Of a stretch of DNA of 64,000 bases, positions 27,640 to 39,655 are shown piece after piece (positions within the stretch are counted from its first letter, which is position 1; each line of letters begins with the position of its first letter). Position numbers and translations under genes: made by a program. Source of the stretch: Octopus vulgaris (lineage: Eukaryota); assembly GCA_951406725.2 (NCBI GenBank), contig OX597821.1, forward strand, positions 6,448,001 to 6,512,000. The letters run 5' to 3'. Below the pieces are notes generated by a model. That model was not told where the DNA came from, searched no databases, and saw only the letters and a program-made list of their open reading frames with translations.

Positions 27640-27915
27640 TATTGTTAAAGTGAAAGTATCTGACATAAAATAGAGAAATGTTTTTGTATCACTTTTAACA
27701 TGTAATATTGAAATAGTGGAGAAGATATGATATTGCTATGGGCTCGCCCTAGGCAAGAAGTTGAACATTTTTTTTGCCCATGAAACTACATGGACCCTAA
27801 GTAAGGCATGTGTAAAATTTGAATGAAATTGGTTGCGTAGTTCTCAAGTTTTAGGGAAACACACAGACAGACAGACAGACAGACAGGCAGACAGACAGAC
27901 AGACAGACATTCTCA

Positions 27916-27930
<15 letters not shown>
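27640..27930 (-). mobile_element. Probable Helitron-derived non-autonomous fragment (5' end with (GACA)n)
   Basis: gaaattggttgcgtagttctcaagtt...(acag)n attctcagttttatatat mirrors the terminal architecture of the Helitron at 42400-42794. Confidence 0.45.
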
Positions 27931-27986
<56 letters not shown>

Positions 27987-27988
27987 TA

Positions 27989-28150
27989 TACGATGGGCTT
28001 CTTTCAGTTTCCGCCTACCAAATCCACTCACAAGGCTTTGGCCAGCCCGAGGCTATAGTAGAAGACACTTGCCCAAGGTGCCACGTAGTGGGGCTGAACC
28101 TGGAACCATTTGGCTGGGAAGCAAGATTCTTACCGCACAGCCATGCCTGC
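27989..28150 (-). mobile_element. SINE family A 5' half
   Basis: Family A homology. Confidence 0.85.
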
Positions 28151-28495
28151 ACCTTAATTGTAGAAAGATAACTGATTTATTGCAGAGAAATTTTAGCAAC
28201 AAAATCTTAAATGGGCCCCAAAGTGTCATATGGACTCTGGTTTAGAAACATTGCTCCAATGACCATGACAAGTAAGAGATAAAAAATGATAGACACTGAT
28301 TGAATTTGGGTAAATTTTCCCACCAATTACCTTTAGCAACATGCACCAGCAGTCGTGTCTTGATTTGCTTGTTGTGCTCAAATTTTGACTGCTTTTTAAA
28401 TTTATTTTTATGTCAGTAACCTCTTGTTTATTTTTTATATGTGTTTGTATTATGTTATTTATATTATATATATGTTTTATTTTATTTTCATCTAG

Positions 28496-28527
28496 GTAAG
28501 TTTACAGTTTGGAACCTGCCAAAATGG
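28496..28527 (+). other. Candidate 32-nt microexon starting with a recursive-splice-type AG|GTAAGT junction and carrying an ATG
   Basis: T-rich tract ttttattttattttcatctAG, then GTAAGT..., gccaaaATGG (28524-28527) and a downstream donor GTAATG. Confidence 0.4.
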
Positions 28528-29116
28528 GTAATGTATTCATATTTTCTTCAATTTTTTTTTCTTGATTAACTGTGGTGCAGTTAAAGTATACTAGACATAA
28601 GTTTCATAAACTACAAAATATCACATTTGAAACACACCTCTTATAAATCTTTATCACGATTTGAATGTACATGAAGGTATTTAGAATGACCAATCTTATT
28701 TCTACAAAAGTGCTCAGCGCTGATGCTGATCATAGTTTAATCAATAATCGTAGGAGCAAGGTAAATACACTAAAAGTTGGGGGCTCAGTGGGGCCCCATT
28801 TAAGTAGCCCTTCAGAAATTGAACCTCCTTACGATACTCACTTGCAGTTCATTGTATGAAATTCATTGTTATTGCTCCAATTTGGTCGCCAATGTCATGT
28901 ATTTAGTATAAAAAGTAGTAAAAATAGGTGAGGTTAGTGGGGCCCCAATTAGGTGGCCCTTTAAAAAATAGATCCCCTTAGGACATTCCCTGGGATTAGC
29001 AGGGTTGCTGGTTTGAGTTTTGTTGCCCTTGCACCAATGGACTAGGAGGAGTTAACAAACACAAAAACATAAGGGACAGAGAAACATCACTCAAATTCAT
29101 AATGGGATTATTTACT

Positions 29117-29423
29117 GAAGGCATGCAGCTTAGTGGTTAGGGTGTTTTAGTTCACAACTGTAAGGTCGTGAGTTCAATTCCAGGCATTGTTGTGTCCTTG
29201 AGCAAGACACTTTATTTCACATTGCTCTGCTGGCAAAACAGTTGTACCTGTAATTCAAAGTGCCAGCCTTTTTACATTCTGTGTCACACCGAATCTCTCT
29301 CAGAACTACGTTAAAGGCCCACATGTCTGTGGAGTGTTCAGCCACTTGCACATTAATTTCATGAACAGGTGTTTCGTTGATCAGATCATCTAGAACTTTC
29401 ATCATCATAACCAACAGAGTTCC
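29117..29423 (+). mobile_element. tRNA-derived SINE family D
   Basis: gaaggcatgcagcttagtggttagg...gagttcaattcc head and ttgtgtccttgagcaagacactt block; 3' body shared with family C. Confidence 0.82.
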
Positions 29424-29550
29424 AGTTAGTTATATCATATTATACACATTTTTCACACCCTTGCTGACTAAGACTATTCTTATTTCCATTAGTTAAGGGA
29501 TTATGTGTCTCTGGCCCATAGGCTTAATGAGTTGTCTATGTTGCCAAGAG

Positions 29551-29931
29551 TGGAGGCGCAATGGCCCAGTGGTTAGGGCAGCAGACTCGCGGTCATAGGA
29601 TCGCGGTTTCGATTCCCAGACTGGGCGTTGTGAGTGTTTATTGAGCGAAAACACCTAAAAGCTCCATGAGGCTCCGGCAGGGGATGGTGGTGATCCCTGC
29701 TGTACTCTTTCACCACAACTTTCTCTCACTCTTACTTCCTGTTTCTGTTGTACCTGTATTTCAAGGGGCCGGCCTTGTCACTCTCTGTGTCATGCTGAAT
29801 ATCCCCGGGAACTATGTTATGGGTGCACGTGTCTGTGGAGTGCTCAGCCACTTACACGTTAATTTCACGAGCAGGCTGTTCCGTTGATTCGGATCAACCG
29901 GAACCCTCATCATCGTTACCGACGGAGTGCT
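29551..29931 (+). mobile_element. tRNA-derived SINE family C (young)
   Basis: ggaggcgcaatggcccagtggttagg...ggtttcgattccc head; flanked by a direct repeat atgttgccaagag (~13-bp TSD); second copy at 63878. Confidence 0.88.
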
Positions 29932-30707
29932 TCCATGTTGCCAAGAGCAATAAAGACTTGAAACCAGTGGTAGTTTTCTGACCAGCCACAACCAGTGTGA
30001 AGGCACACAGCATAGTGGTCAGGGTGTTGCATTTATGATTGTGAGATTGTGGTTTCAATTTCCAAACCAGGTGTTGCATTGTGCTCTTCAGCAAAAGTAC
30101 TTCATTTCTATTTGCTTTGTAATAATTCTGTTGTCTGGGATGTGGCACATCGTACACCTGTACAGGTAATGTCAATTTGATGGAGGGTGTGAGCCTATGT
30201 GAACACAGGCATTTGATCACTATCAACAAATCGTCTGTGTGGTTGTTTGGTAAGAAATTGGAAATTGCAGAACCCTCATAACGACAGGAGAATCCATGAT
30301 TATATATGATACACACAAATATATAACACACATCTATAGATATATATATACATGCATATTTGCATGCGGACATAGGCAGATACACGCACACACGCAAAAT
30401 GGATCTTGTAAAGTTCTTGATTACCAAATAAATTTACAAGACATTGGTTGGCCCAGCTTTTTAGGGACATAGGTGGAGATACTTGCCCAAAGAGCTGCAC
30501 AATGGAACTGAACTCAAATCTGCATGGTTATGAAACAAAAATAAACTTCTTTGCCACATCCATGAAAGCTTCTGTGTTACAGTATTAAAGACATACATAC
30601 ATACATACATACATACACACATGTCTATATGTGTGGTGTGTGCATGTGGTGTATGTATATATATATGTATATGTATACATATATGTATACATATATGTAT
30701 ATATGTA

Positions 30708-30770
<63 letters not shown>

Positions 30771-31448
30771 ATAGATATACACACATACATACATACACAC
30801 ATACATGTCTGTTTATATTTATGTGTGTGTGTGTGTGTGTGCATTTGTGTGCATTGGCAAGAAAGTTAATGTGAAAAAATATAACATGAAAAAGTTGTTT
30901 TTTTTCTTTTGAAAATTGAAATTATCGGAATAAAATTCTAGTATTTTCTGATCTTGCCTGAAGCAGTTAATTTAAATTTCATAACTTTTTATAATCTGTT
31001 CCTGTATTACTTCCTCAAATTTGAACTAATCCACAATAAAATTATTTTAGCTCAATATTGCTAACTTCTAATGGTGAACCATATGTTTCCATGTAGATAT
31101 TTGTCTGTGTGCTGTGAATCTGTGTCTGTGTGTGACTGCTTTAGAATGTGTTTTTTTGTGTGAGTGTCTGTGTCTGTGTGTATGTATTTGTACATAAATC
31201 TGTTTGCATATCAACATATGTCTGTCTGTGTATGTGTATTTGTGAGTATGTATGTGAGAGAGAAAGAGAGAGAGAGAGAAAGAGAGATATAGAGAGGAGG
31301 AGGAGGGGGGTGACTCTGCATGTGTTGATATGCATGTATGCATGTGTATGTGTGTGTGTGTGTGTGTGAATTGTGTATGTGTATATCTGAGTAAGTCTCT
31401 TTGAATGTGTATATGTCAGTCTGTATATGTGTATTTGTGAGTATGTAT

Positions 31449-31485
<37 letters not shown>

Positions 31486-31968
31486 AGAGAGAGATAGAGA
31501 GAGGAGGAGGGCGTTACTCTGCCTGTGTTGATATGCATGTGTGTGTGTGTGTGTGTGTGTGTGAATTGTGTATGTGTATATCTGAGTAGGTTTCTTTGAA
31601 TGTGTATATGTATAAACACATGTGTCTGGACATACATATATTTGCATATCTGTGTCTGTGTGTCTGTGTGTATATATGCAAGAGAGAGTGTGTATTGGTA
31701 TGTATGTTTGTGTTTTTGTGTGTGTTTGTGTGTCTGTACATGAATGTGTATGTGTCTGTACATCTGCCTCTATGTGTAAGAGAGGATTGTCTGTAAATAT
31801 GTGTACGTGTGTGTTTGTATATGTGTTTGCCTGAGTATGTATATATGTATATGTGTCTTTATGTGCATGTGTGAGTCTGCTTGTATTTATGTATATATAT
31901 GTGTGTATGTGTGTGTTTGTATGTACATAGATCCGTGTCTTTGCCAGTCTATATGTTTGTGTTTATAT

Positions 31969-32202
31969 TTATTTCTTTATTGCCCACAGAGGGCTAAACA
32001 GAAAGGGGACAAACAAGGACAGACAAGGGGATTAAATCGATTACATCAACCCCAGTGATTAACTGCTACTTATTTAATCGACCCCGAAAGGAAGAAAGGC
32101 AAAATCGCCCTCGGCGGAATTTGAACTCAGAACGTAATGGCAGACGAAATACCGCTTAGCATTTCGCCTGGCGTGCTAACGTTTCTGCCAGCTCACTGCC
32201 TT
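31969..32202 (-). mobile_element. SINE family B
   Basis: Full-length reverse-complement match to family B. Confidence 0.87.
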
Positions 32203-32495
32203 TCTTTGTGTATATATTATGTACCTATGTGTATAACATTTTGCTCACACACTATGTATACTTGTTTGTGGCTCTGTCTACCTATACATATGCATAAAAG
32301 TTAAATTTTCTGGATGAATTTATACATCTGCTCTAATCTACGTGTGTCTGTGCATGTATTATATATTTATGCGTATATTGTTTTTTGCAGATACTGTATG
32401 TATAGATGTGTGTGTATCATCATCATCATCATCATCGTCTAGATATGTAAATGCGTTTGTGTAACTTTATGTATATCTTTCTATCTATCTATCTA

Positions 32496-32526
<31 letters not shown>

Positions 32527-32742
32527 GGTTCAATTCGATTTGTGTGGGTATATAGTGTGATGTGCACATCTATATCCTTGTTTTTATAGATTCAAAGGTT
32601 TCTTGGTAATTGTATATTAGTGCCAATCCTTGTGTGGTTGTACATCTAGATATGTAAATGCGTTTGTGTAACTTTATCTATGTATATCTATCTATCTATC
32701 TATCTATCTATCCATTTCTCTCTCTGTATGTATGTATGTATG

Positions 32743-32779
<37 letters not shown>

Positions 32780-32782
32780 GTG

Positions 32783-32822
<40 letters not shown>

Positions 32823-32878
32823 ACACTTCTGTTTGTGTGTGCATGTATATTTTACTGTGTGCATATACATTTATTGTT

Positions 32879-32916
<38 letters not shown>

Positions 32917-33075
32917 TAGGAGTGGCTGTGTGGTAAGTAGCTTGTTTACCAGCCACATGGTTCCGAGTTCAGGTGCACTGTTTGACACCTTGGGCAAGTG
33001 TCTTCTTCTATAGCCTTGAGCCAACCAATGCCTTGCGAGTGGATTTGGTAGACGGAAACTGAAAGAATCCCCTCA
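32917..33075 (+). mobile_element. SINE family A 5' half
   Basis: aggagtggctgtgtggtaagtagc...gacggaaactgaaagaa. Confidence 0.85.
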
Positions 33076-33105
33076 TGATGATATACATATGTGTGTGTAT
33101 GTATG

Positions 33106-33584
33106 GACCGAGATCTCTGGAGATATGCTGTGACTGGAAAGACCCGGGCTGCTTCCTGTACTAGTTCCGCATAGTCCCAGCCCATTCAAAGTACCTTGGA
33201 TTTCAGAACAACCTGCTGTGCTTGAGGAGACCTATTGAGTCAAGTACATGATACCTGTGCTGGTGGCACGTAAAAAGCACCATCCGAATGTGGCCAATGC
33301 CAGCGCTGCCTTGACTGGCTTCTGTGCCGGTGGCACGTAAAAAGCACCAACCGATCGTGGCCGCTGCCAGACTCCCCTGGCACCTGTGCCGGTGGCACGT
33401 AAAAAGCACCTACTACACTCATGGAGTGGTTGGCATTAGGAAGGGCATCCAGCTGTAGAAACACTGCCAGATCAGAGTGGAGCCTGGTGCAGCTTCCTGG
33501 CTTCCCAGATCCCTGGTCGAACCATCCAACCTGTGCTAGCACAGAAAACGGACGTTAAACGATGATGATGATGATGATGATGAT
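33106..33584 (+). mobile_element. RTE LINE 3' end (ORF tail DRDLWRYAVTGKTR, 3'UTR, (GAT)n)
   Basis: Homologous to 36565-37100 (minus); three ggtggcacgtaaaaagcacc units; GAT tail. Confidence 0.85.
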
Positions 33585-33666
33585 ACATACATATATGTGT
33601 ATACACACCGTCAAGGTATTATATATCCAAAAATGAAGCGTGCTCTGAAGCATAAAGCAGCAATGC

Positions 33667-33832
33667 ATTTATAAGTAGTTAAGTCTATATCCAATGATTT
33701 TGCATCCACAAAGGCTTTTGCCCCATGAATGTCTCATAAGACTCTGACGAAATGTTCATGGGGCTAAGCCCTTTGTGGATGTGAAACTATTGGTCAATCT
33801 ATAACTGGACATAGACTTAACTAATTATAAAT
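33667..33832. repeat. Imperfect ~165-bp inverted repeat whose right arm contains a hammerhead-like motif (33739-33800)
   Basis: atttataagtagttaagtctat / atagacttaactaattataaat and catccacaaagg..gccccatgaa / ttcatggggc..ctttgtggatg. Right arm: AGACU-CUGACGA-long stem-GAAAC-UAUUG-GUC-AAUCU. Confidence 0.7.
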
Positions 33833-33834
33833 AA

Positions 33835-33871
<37 letters not shown>

Positions 33872-33872
<1 letters not shown>

Positions 33873-34270
33873 GTTATGAGAGGTAATGGTGTCAATAAGA
33901 CTCAAAGGTGTCAGGTAATGCTGAGTAAGTGCTTTGAACAGGCTGTAGTTAAGCTCCAGGTGTGGTGATAATGCGAATAAGGAGTCCAACATAGGTCATA
34001 TATCAGCATGGGTTGTATATATAGAAAAATTTTCAGAATGAGATAAAAATCCAAGGCTATGAAATATTTTGGAACATTTATAAATAGTAGGTCTCATAGC
34101 TGTTTCTGGGATATTTTACATATCCCTTCATCAGAGACAGTGTGAGAAAATGGTCAAGCAAAAGTTATTTTAGATAAGATATGAAATAGAGAGTGAAGTG
34201 GAGGAATGAAAATAGAAATGAGATATGCAGGGATATTGCATCTGTAGATCCATATCCCTGCATATCTCAC
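33872..34270 (-). mobile_element. Probable Penelope-like terminal repeat with a second hammerhead-like motif (34090-34138)
   Basis: Minus strand GUCU-CUGAUGA-A-GGGAUAU-guaaa-AUAUCCC-A-GAAACAGCUAUG-AGAC. The left part (33872-33935) recurs inverted at 27064-27131, so it is a repeat family. Confidence 0.55.
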
Positions 34271-34299
34271 GTCTACCTGTTACCAGAAACACACACACA

Positions 34300-34485
34300 C
34301 CTGAATAATAATAATAACAATAACAATAATAATAATAATAATAACATTGAAAAATACCTTAGGAATGAGAACCCAGGTTTGAAATTTCCCCAAGACACTT
34401 TGTAAAGGCTGGAGGGTATATCAGCCGAAACGTGTTAACAACAAACAAGATGAGGACAAATATCTGTCAAATGTAAATAATGTTA
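34300..34485 (+). mobile_element. Family G element, 5'-truncated, hammerhead core mutated
   Basis: (AAT)n-aacattgaaaaataccttaggaatgagaacccagg...gacac-tttgtaa-aggctg...cagccgaaacg; the CUGAUGA box is destroyed. Confidence 0.82.
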
Positions 34486-35055
34486 TAAATTTGTTTTGTG
34501 GGTACTAAGAAACCTAAAATGGCTTCAGTTATTTTATTCGAGTTAAGTTAAGTAACTTATCTTATGACAACAGCAACAATGATAAAGCAATAAAAATAAC
34601 AATATGAATGCCTCCAAGGCAACCTGTATGTGATCAATCAATCTGCTAGCAATAGCAGCCAAATATTCTCCAAACCATACTTAATCACTATCATCATTGT
34701 TTTAATGTCCACTTTTCCATGGTTGCATGGGTTGGACAGAGTTTACTGAGGCAAATATCTTCCACTATAGCCCTAGGCTGATCAATGCCTTGTGATTGGA
34801 TATGATAGATAAAAAGTGAAAGAAGCACTTTGTGTGTGTGTGCGTGCGTGCCTATGTATGCATGTGTATACATACATACATATCATACATACATACATAC
34901 ATACATGTGTGTATGTGTTTATATATATATATATATATATACATACATGCATACATATGTGTGTGTGTGTTTGTGTGTGAATATATGGTCTCTTTAAATG
35001 TCTGATACTCTTCCAACTATAAAAAGAAAGGAAGATATAAATAAATAAATAAATA

Positions 35056-35091
<36 letters not shown>

Positions 35092-35741
35092 CAGACAGAC
35101 AGAAGACAGACAGACAGATGTTTTTTTAATCTGTTTTTTTAATAATGTAAGGTAGTGAACTGACAAAATTGTTATGCAAAATGCCTTGTGGTATTTGATC
35201 TGGCTCTTTATGGTCTGAATTGAGGCCCTGTTAGGGTTAGCTTTACTTTCATTTCCCTGGTACCAGTTTCAGTAGAGGATGGTACATTGGATTTATTGCC
35301 AGAGCAATGGACAAAATTCATTGCAGCATTTCTTTCAGCTATCTATGCTTTGAGTTCTAATCCTACCAAAGTCAAACCTGCCTTTTGTGCTTCTGGGTTC
35401 TATGATAAAGCAATACTTTAGTACCATTCCAGTGTGTCGGATTGATGGAATTGTTCCTCTTTTTTACACTCTATTCAACATAGATACACTCAACAATCAC
35501 TTTTGATTCAGTTTGGTGATGAACAACAATCCAAACCAGACTTTGCAGTCAAGAAATATTGAACATTTTTATGGGAAACCATCAGAGATATTTCCTCTCA
35601 TAATTAGTATACATGATTAGTGTTTGTTTGTATTCATAACTAGCGTCAACACTTCCTGTTCCCACCTACTGTTCTGAGTATGGTATTAAACTGATTCTGG
35701 TGCGAGTCATGGAATTCCTTGTTAGTCCCCACTATTTGCAG

Positions 35742-35917
35742 GTTCACTTTGGCCTTGTGTGAAGTACCTGTTGAGAGTTCTACTTATGGGTGAAATTGCA
35801 GAAGATGGTCTTAAGGCATACAGAGATGGGGCTCATACAGAGCATTGGAAAAGGCTGGCTCCTAGCTATGCTTCACAAAACCCACCAGTGTGTGGGCTTG
35901 TGACTGATGTCACTTGA
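35742..35917 (+). CDS. Candidate coding exon (phase-1 acceptor) encoding (G)SLWPCVKYLLRVLLMGEIAEDGLKAYRDGAHTEHWKRLAPSYASQNPPVCGLVTDVT*
   Basis: Acceptor ccccactatttgcAG|; an in-frame stop lies just upstream of the acceptor; non-repetitive, protein-like composition; AATAAA at 35942 and 35991. No homology recognised. Confidence 0.35.
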
Positions 35918-36564
35918 TCCAGTCACCTTGCCTAAAGGTCAAATAAAGTCTGTGCCTTGAGATTATGCCCCAGGAGGGCAGGATTGTCAAAATAAACTAT
36001 AAGTAAATCAGTAGAAAGCAATGAGAAACCACTGATGTTATCTCTCCTCCTTTAAAAATCCTAAATCTTCAGAATCTGTCAAGGAGGACTGGGTGGCACA
36101 TAGAGGGAGAGAGAGAGAGAAAGAGAGAAGAAGAAGAAGGAGGAGGAGGAGGAGGAGGAAAAGAAGTGACAGACATCCTTTTATTTCCATAATTACTAAT
36201 TACTTCTAAGGTTTACCATTTGTGCTGGATATGCTTCACTGAAGATATCTAACAAAACTAAAACATGCCTGTTACTTTCACCAAATGGATTTAAATACAG
36301 GATGCACTCCTTACTGCATTGTCTATATTTTCAAAAAAATTTCAGTCAGCTGATATTGACAGGGTTATTTTCCTTTCTTGTTATATTATTATTCTTTTTA
36401 GATATTTAACCTTTTAATACCAACATACCTGAGACTATCGTTAGTTCTATGATTAAAAAATGCCTCATGTTCTAAAATGTACATGCATTCATATTGAAAT
36501 CATAAGCTTCTTTTATAATGTTATCTAAGAATATTTTGGTATTTTTCTGACGCTAGATTTCATT

Positions 36565-37296
36565 ATCATCATCATCATCATCGTTTAACATCTGTTTTCC
36601 ATGCTGGCATGGGTTGGACAGTTTGACTGGGGTCTGGGAAGCCAGGAGGCTGCACCAGGTTCCAGACTGATCTGGCAGTGTTTCTACGGCTGGATTCCCT
36701 TCCTAATGCCAACCGCTCCGAGAGTGTAATGGATGCTTTTTATGTGCCACTGGCACAGGGGACAGAGGGGTCTGGCAACAACCACAATCAATCGGTGCTT
36801 TTTGTGTGTCACTGGCATGGAAGCCAGTCAAGGCAGCACTGGCATTGGCCACGTTTGGATGGTGCTTTTTACATGCCACCGGCATGATGATTACAAGTAC
36901 AGTTTCCATTTGATTTTGATTTTGATGTACTTGACTCAATAGGTCACCTCAAGCATGGCATGTCACCCTACGATCCAAGGTACTTTTGAGTGGGCTGGTT
37001 ATGCAACACTGGTGTAGGTTACAGCTGTGAACTCACTTTATTTGCTGAGTCTTCTCAGTCACAGCATATCTCCAGAGGTCTCAGTCTTTTGTCATTGCCT
37101 CTGTGAGGCCTAATGTTCGACAGTCATGCTTCACCACCTCATCCCATGTCTTCCTGAGTCTCTACCCCAGATTCCTTCCACTGTTTGGGAGTGGCACTAC
37201 TTCACACAGATCTCCTCCTCCATCCATAGTACATGAGCATACCAATGCAAATGTCTCTCTTGCACGCCACATCTGATACTTCTTATGTCCAACATT
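36565..37296 (-). mobile_element. RTE LINE 3' fragment (ORF C-terminus, 3'UTR, tail), older copy
   Basis: 37127-37296 matches window positions 1-170; the 3'UTR matches 33106-33584; (CAT)n end. Confidence 0.88.
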
Positions 37297-37374
37297 TATA
37301 AGGAAGAATTAAGGTGTTTTACTAGATCACTCTAACCTTTCATTATTTTAGAAATTAATCAGAACATAACTGAT

Positions 37375-37678
37375 TGGCACTCCGTCAATTACGATGACAA
37401 GGGTTCCAGTTGATCCGATCAATGGAACAGCCTGCTTATGAAATTAACATGCTAGTGGCTGAGCACTTAATGTAGTTCTCAGAGATATTCAGCATAATGC
37501 AGAGTGTAACAAGGCTAACCCTTTGAAATACAGGTACGACTCATTTTTGCCAGCTGAGTGGACTGGAGCAATGTGAAATAAAGTGTCTTGCTCAAGGACA
37601 CAACGCCTTGCCGGGAATTGAACTCATTACCTTACTATCATAAGCTGAATATCCTAACCACTAAGTCACACACCTTCA
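37375..37678 (-). mobile_element. SINE family D
   Basis: Reverse complement of the 29117-29423 family. Confidence 0.82.
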
Positions 37679-39389
37679 CTTAATCAGAACAGAGAGAGGG
37701 ATTTTTGTCTTATAATTACAGGGATAATCTGAGTTAATCAAAGTTTCTCAATGTACAATATTACGTATGTGAGAGACTCTTCCATGTGTGGGTGTTGAGA
37801 TGGGGTTAAAAATGTGCTGAAATATATATACCTTTCCAACCCTTGTGAACCAAAGGGACATGAAGTGTTCATGCAAAAACTAGTACTGTGTATTCGAATA
37901 TGTGTGTATGTACGTGTGTGGTTTTGTGTGTGTATGTGTGTGTGTGTGTGTGTGAGGTCTGTTCAGAGTAACCTACTTCTGTAAGGAAACATGTCAAAGA
38001 CTACTTCTTTCTAATTTTGTAATGTTATTAAATGTCTTTTCTCTACATATATATGTATACAGACACATGCACCCCACACACACACATACACACACTCATA
38101 CATACATACATACATACATACATACATACATACATACATACATACATACATACATACATGCATACATGCATATGCATGTGCATGTATGTATGTATATTCA
38201 CAGTTTCAACATGAAAGAAGATTAAAAATTATTACATTTGTTCACATTCTTTATCTTGTTAGCATTTTTGCATGCTGAGTGCATAGATCTATAGATACAT
38301 AGTTATATGCATACATATATGCATGTATGAACACACACACACACATAATTATACATACACATATATATACATACATACATGCATACGTACATATATATGT
38401 AAATGTGTAAATATATATATATATATACACACACATACACAAAAATATTAGCTAATGTTCTTGTGGCACTGTTCAGGAAATCAATCATATAAGCAATTTT
38501 CTTGTTTATGTGTGAAGAAATAAAGCAACAACAATAGCAGTAGTGATGATGATGATAATGATGATGATGATAGTGGCAGTAGTGGTAGTGATGTAGGTGG
38601 TGGTTGTGATGGCGATGACGACAACAATGATGATGATGATGCAGATAGTTTTTTTTATCTTTCCCTATAGATGCCTTGGTAATGATTAAAAAAAGATTCA
38701 GATAAATACTTAGCCGAAACCCCAGGACTTATACATTTATATATATATATATACATGCTAGCATGGAGAACGGACGTTAAACGATGATGATGATGATGAT
38801 GATATATATATATATATATATAGAAGCATATAATATATATACAACCTATAGAAAATATCACTATTAGACATTGCATAGACATTACATAGAGTATTTTTCA
38901 ATACACCAGAAAATGTAAAACCAAATTGTAACGTTGAACATACCCAAGATGCACTGAACTAAATTTCATGGCAAAATGAAAGCACACATCATCATCATCA
39001 TCACCATCATTCTCACCATGACCACCATCATGACAGTTAGCACTCCCCTTGACAAAGATGGAAGAGATCATTTGATCTTTCTAACACATATGGGCATTGC
39101 TCTCTACTTAAGGGCAACCTGTTTTGTTTATTTTCCAACATGGGGAGCTGGTAGAAGTGGTAGCATGCTAGGCAAAATGCTAAACGGCATTTCATCCATC
39201 CTTATTTTCTGGGTTCAAATACTGTTGAGGTTGGTAAATTAAGCAGCATCTAAGCACTGTGTTGATGTAATCAACTTGCCTCACAACCACCAAAATTGCT
39301 GGCCTTGTGCTAAAATCTGACACCCATTTAATGTCTTTTTTCCATACTGGCATGGGTTTGACAGTTTGACAGACAGAACAGCGCGAAAC

Positions 39390-39528
39390 ACTTTATTTAC
39401 ATTTGACGGATATTTGTCCTCATCTTGTTTGTTGTTAACACGTTTCGGCTGATATACCCTCCAGCCTTCATCAGGCATCTTTGGAAAATTTCGAACCTTG
39501 GTTCTCATTCCTAAGGTATTTTTCGATG

Positions 39529-39583
<55 letters not shown>

Positions 39584-39655
39584 CCACTGCCTGGAATTGA
39601 ACTCAGAATCTTGGGGTTAGTAGCCCGTGCTCTTAACCACAATGCCATATGCCTG
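39390..39655 (-). mobile_element. Family G element, full length, nested in an RTE-tail relic; hammerhead core at 39437-39479
   Basis: Minus strand: ggcatatggcattgtggttaagagc...gagttcaattcc head, (AAT)n, CUGAUGA-A-GGCUG...CAGCC-GAAACG. RTE-tail sequence lies on both sides (39327-39372 and 39665-39740). Confidence 0.85.
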
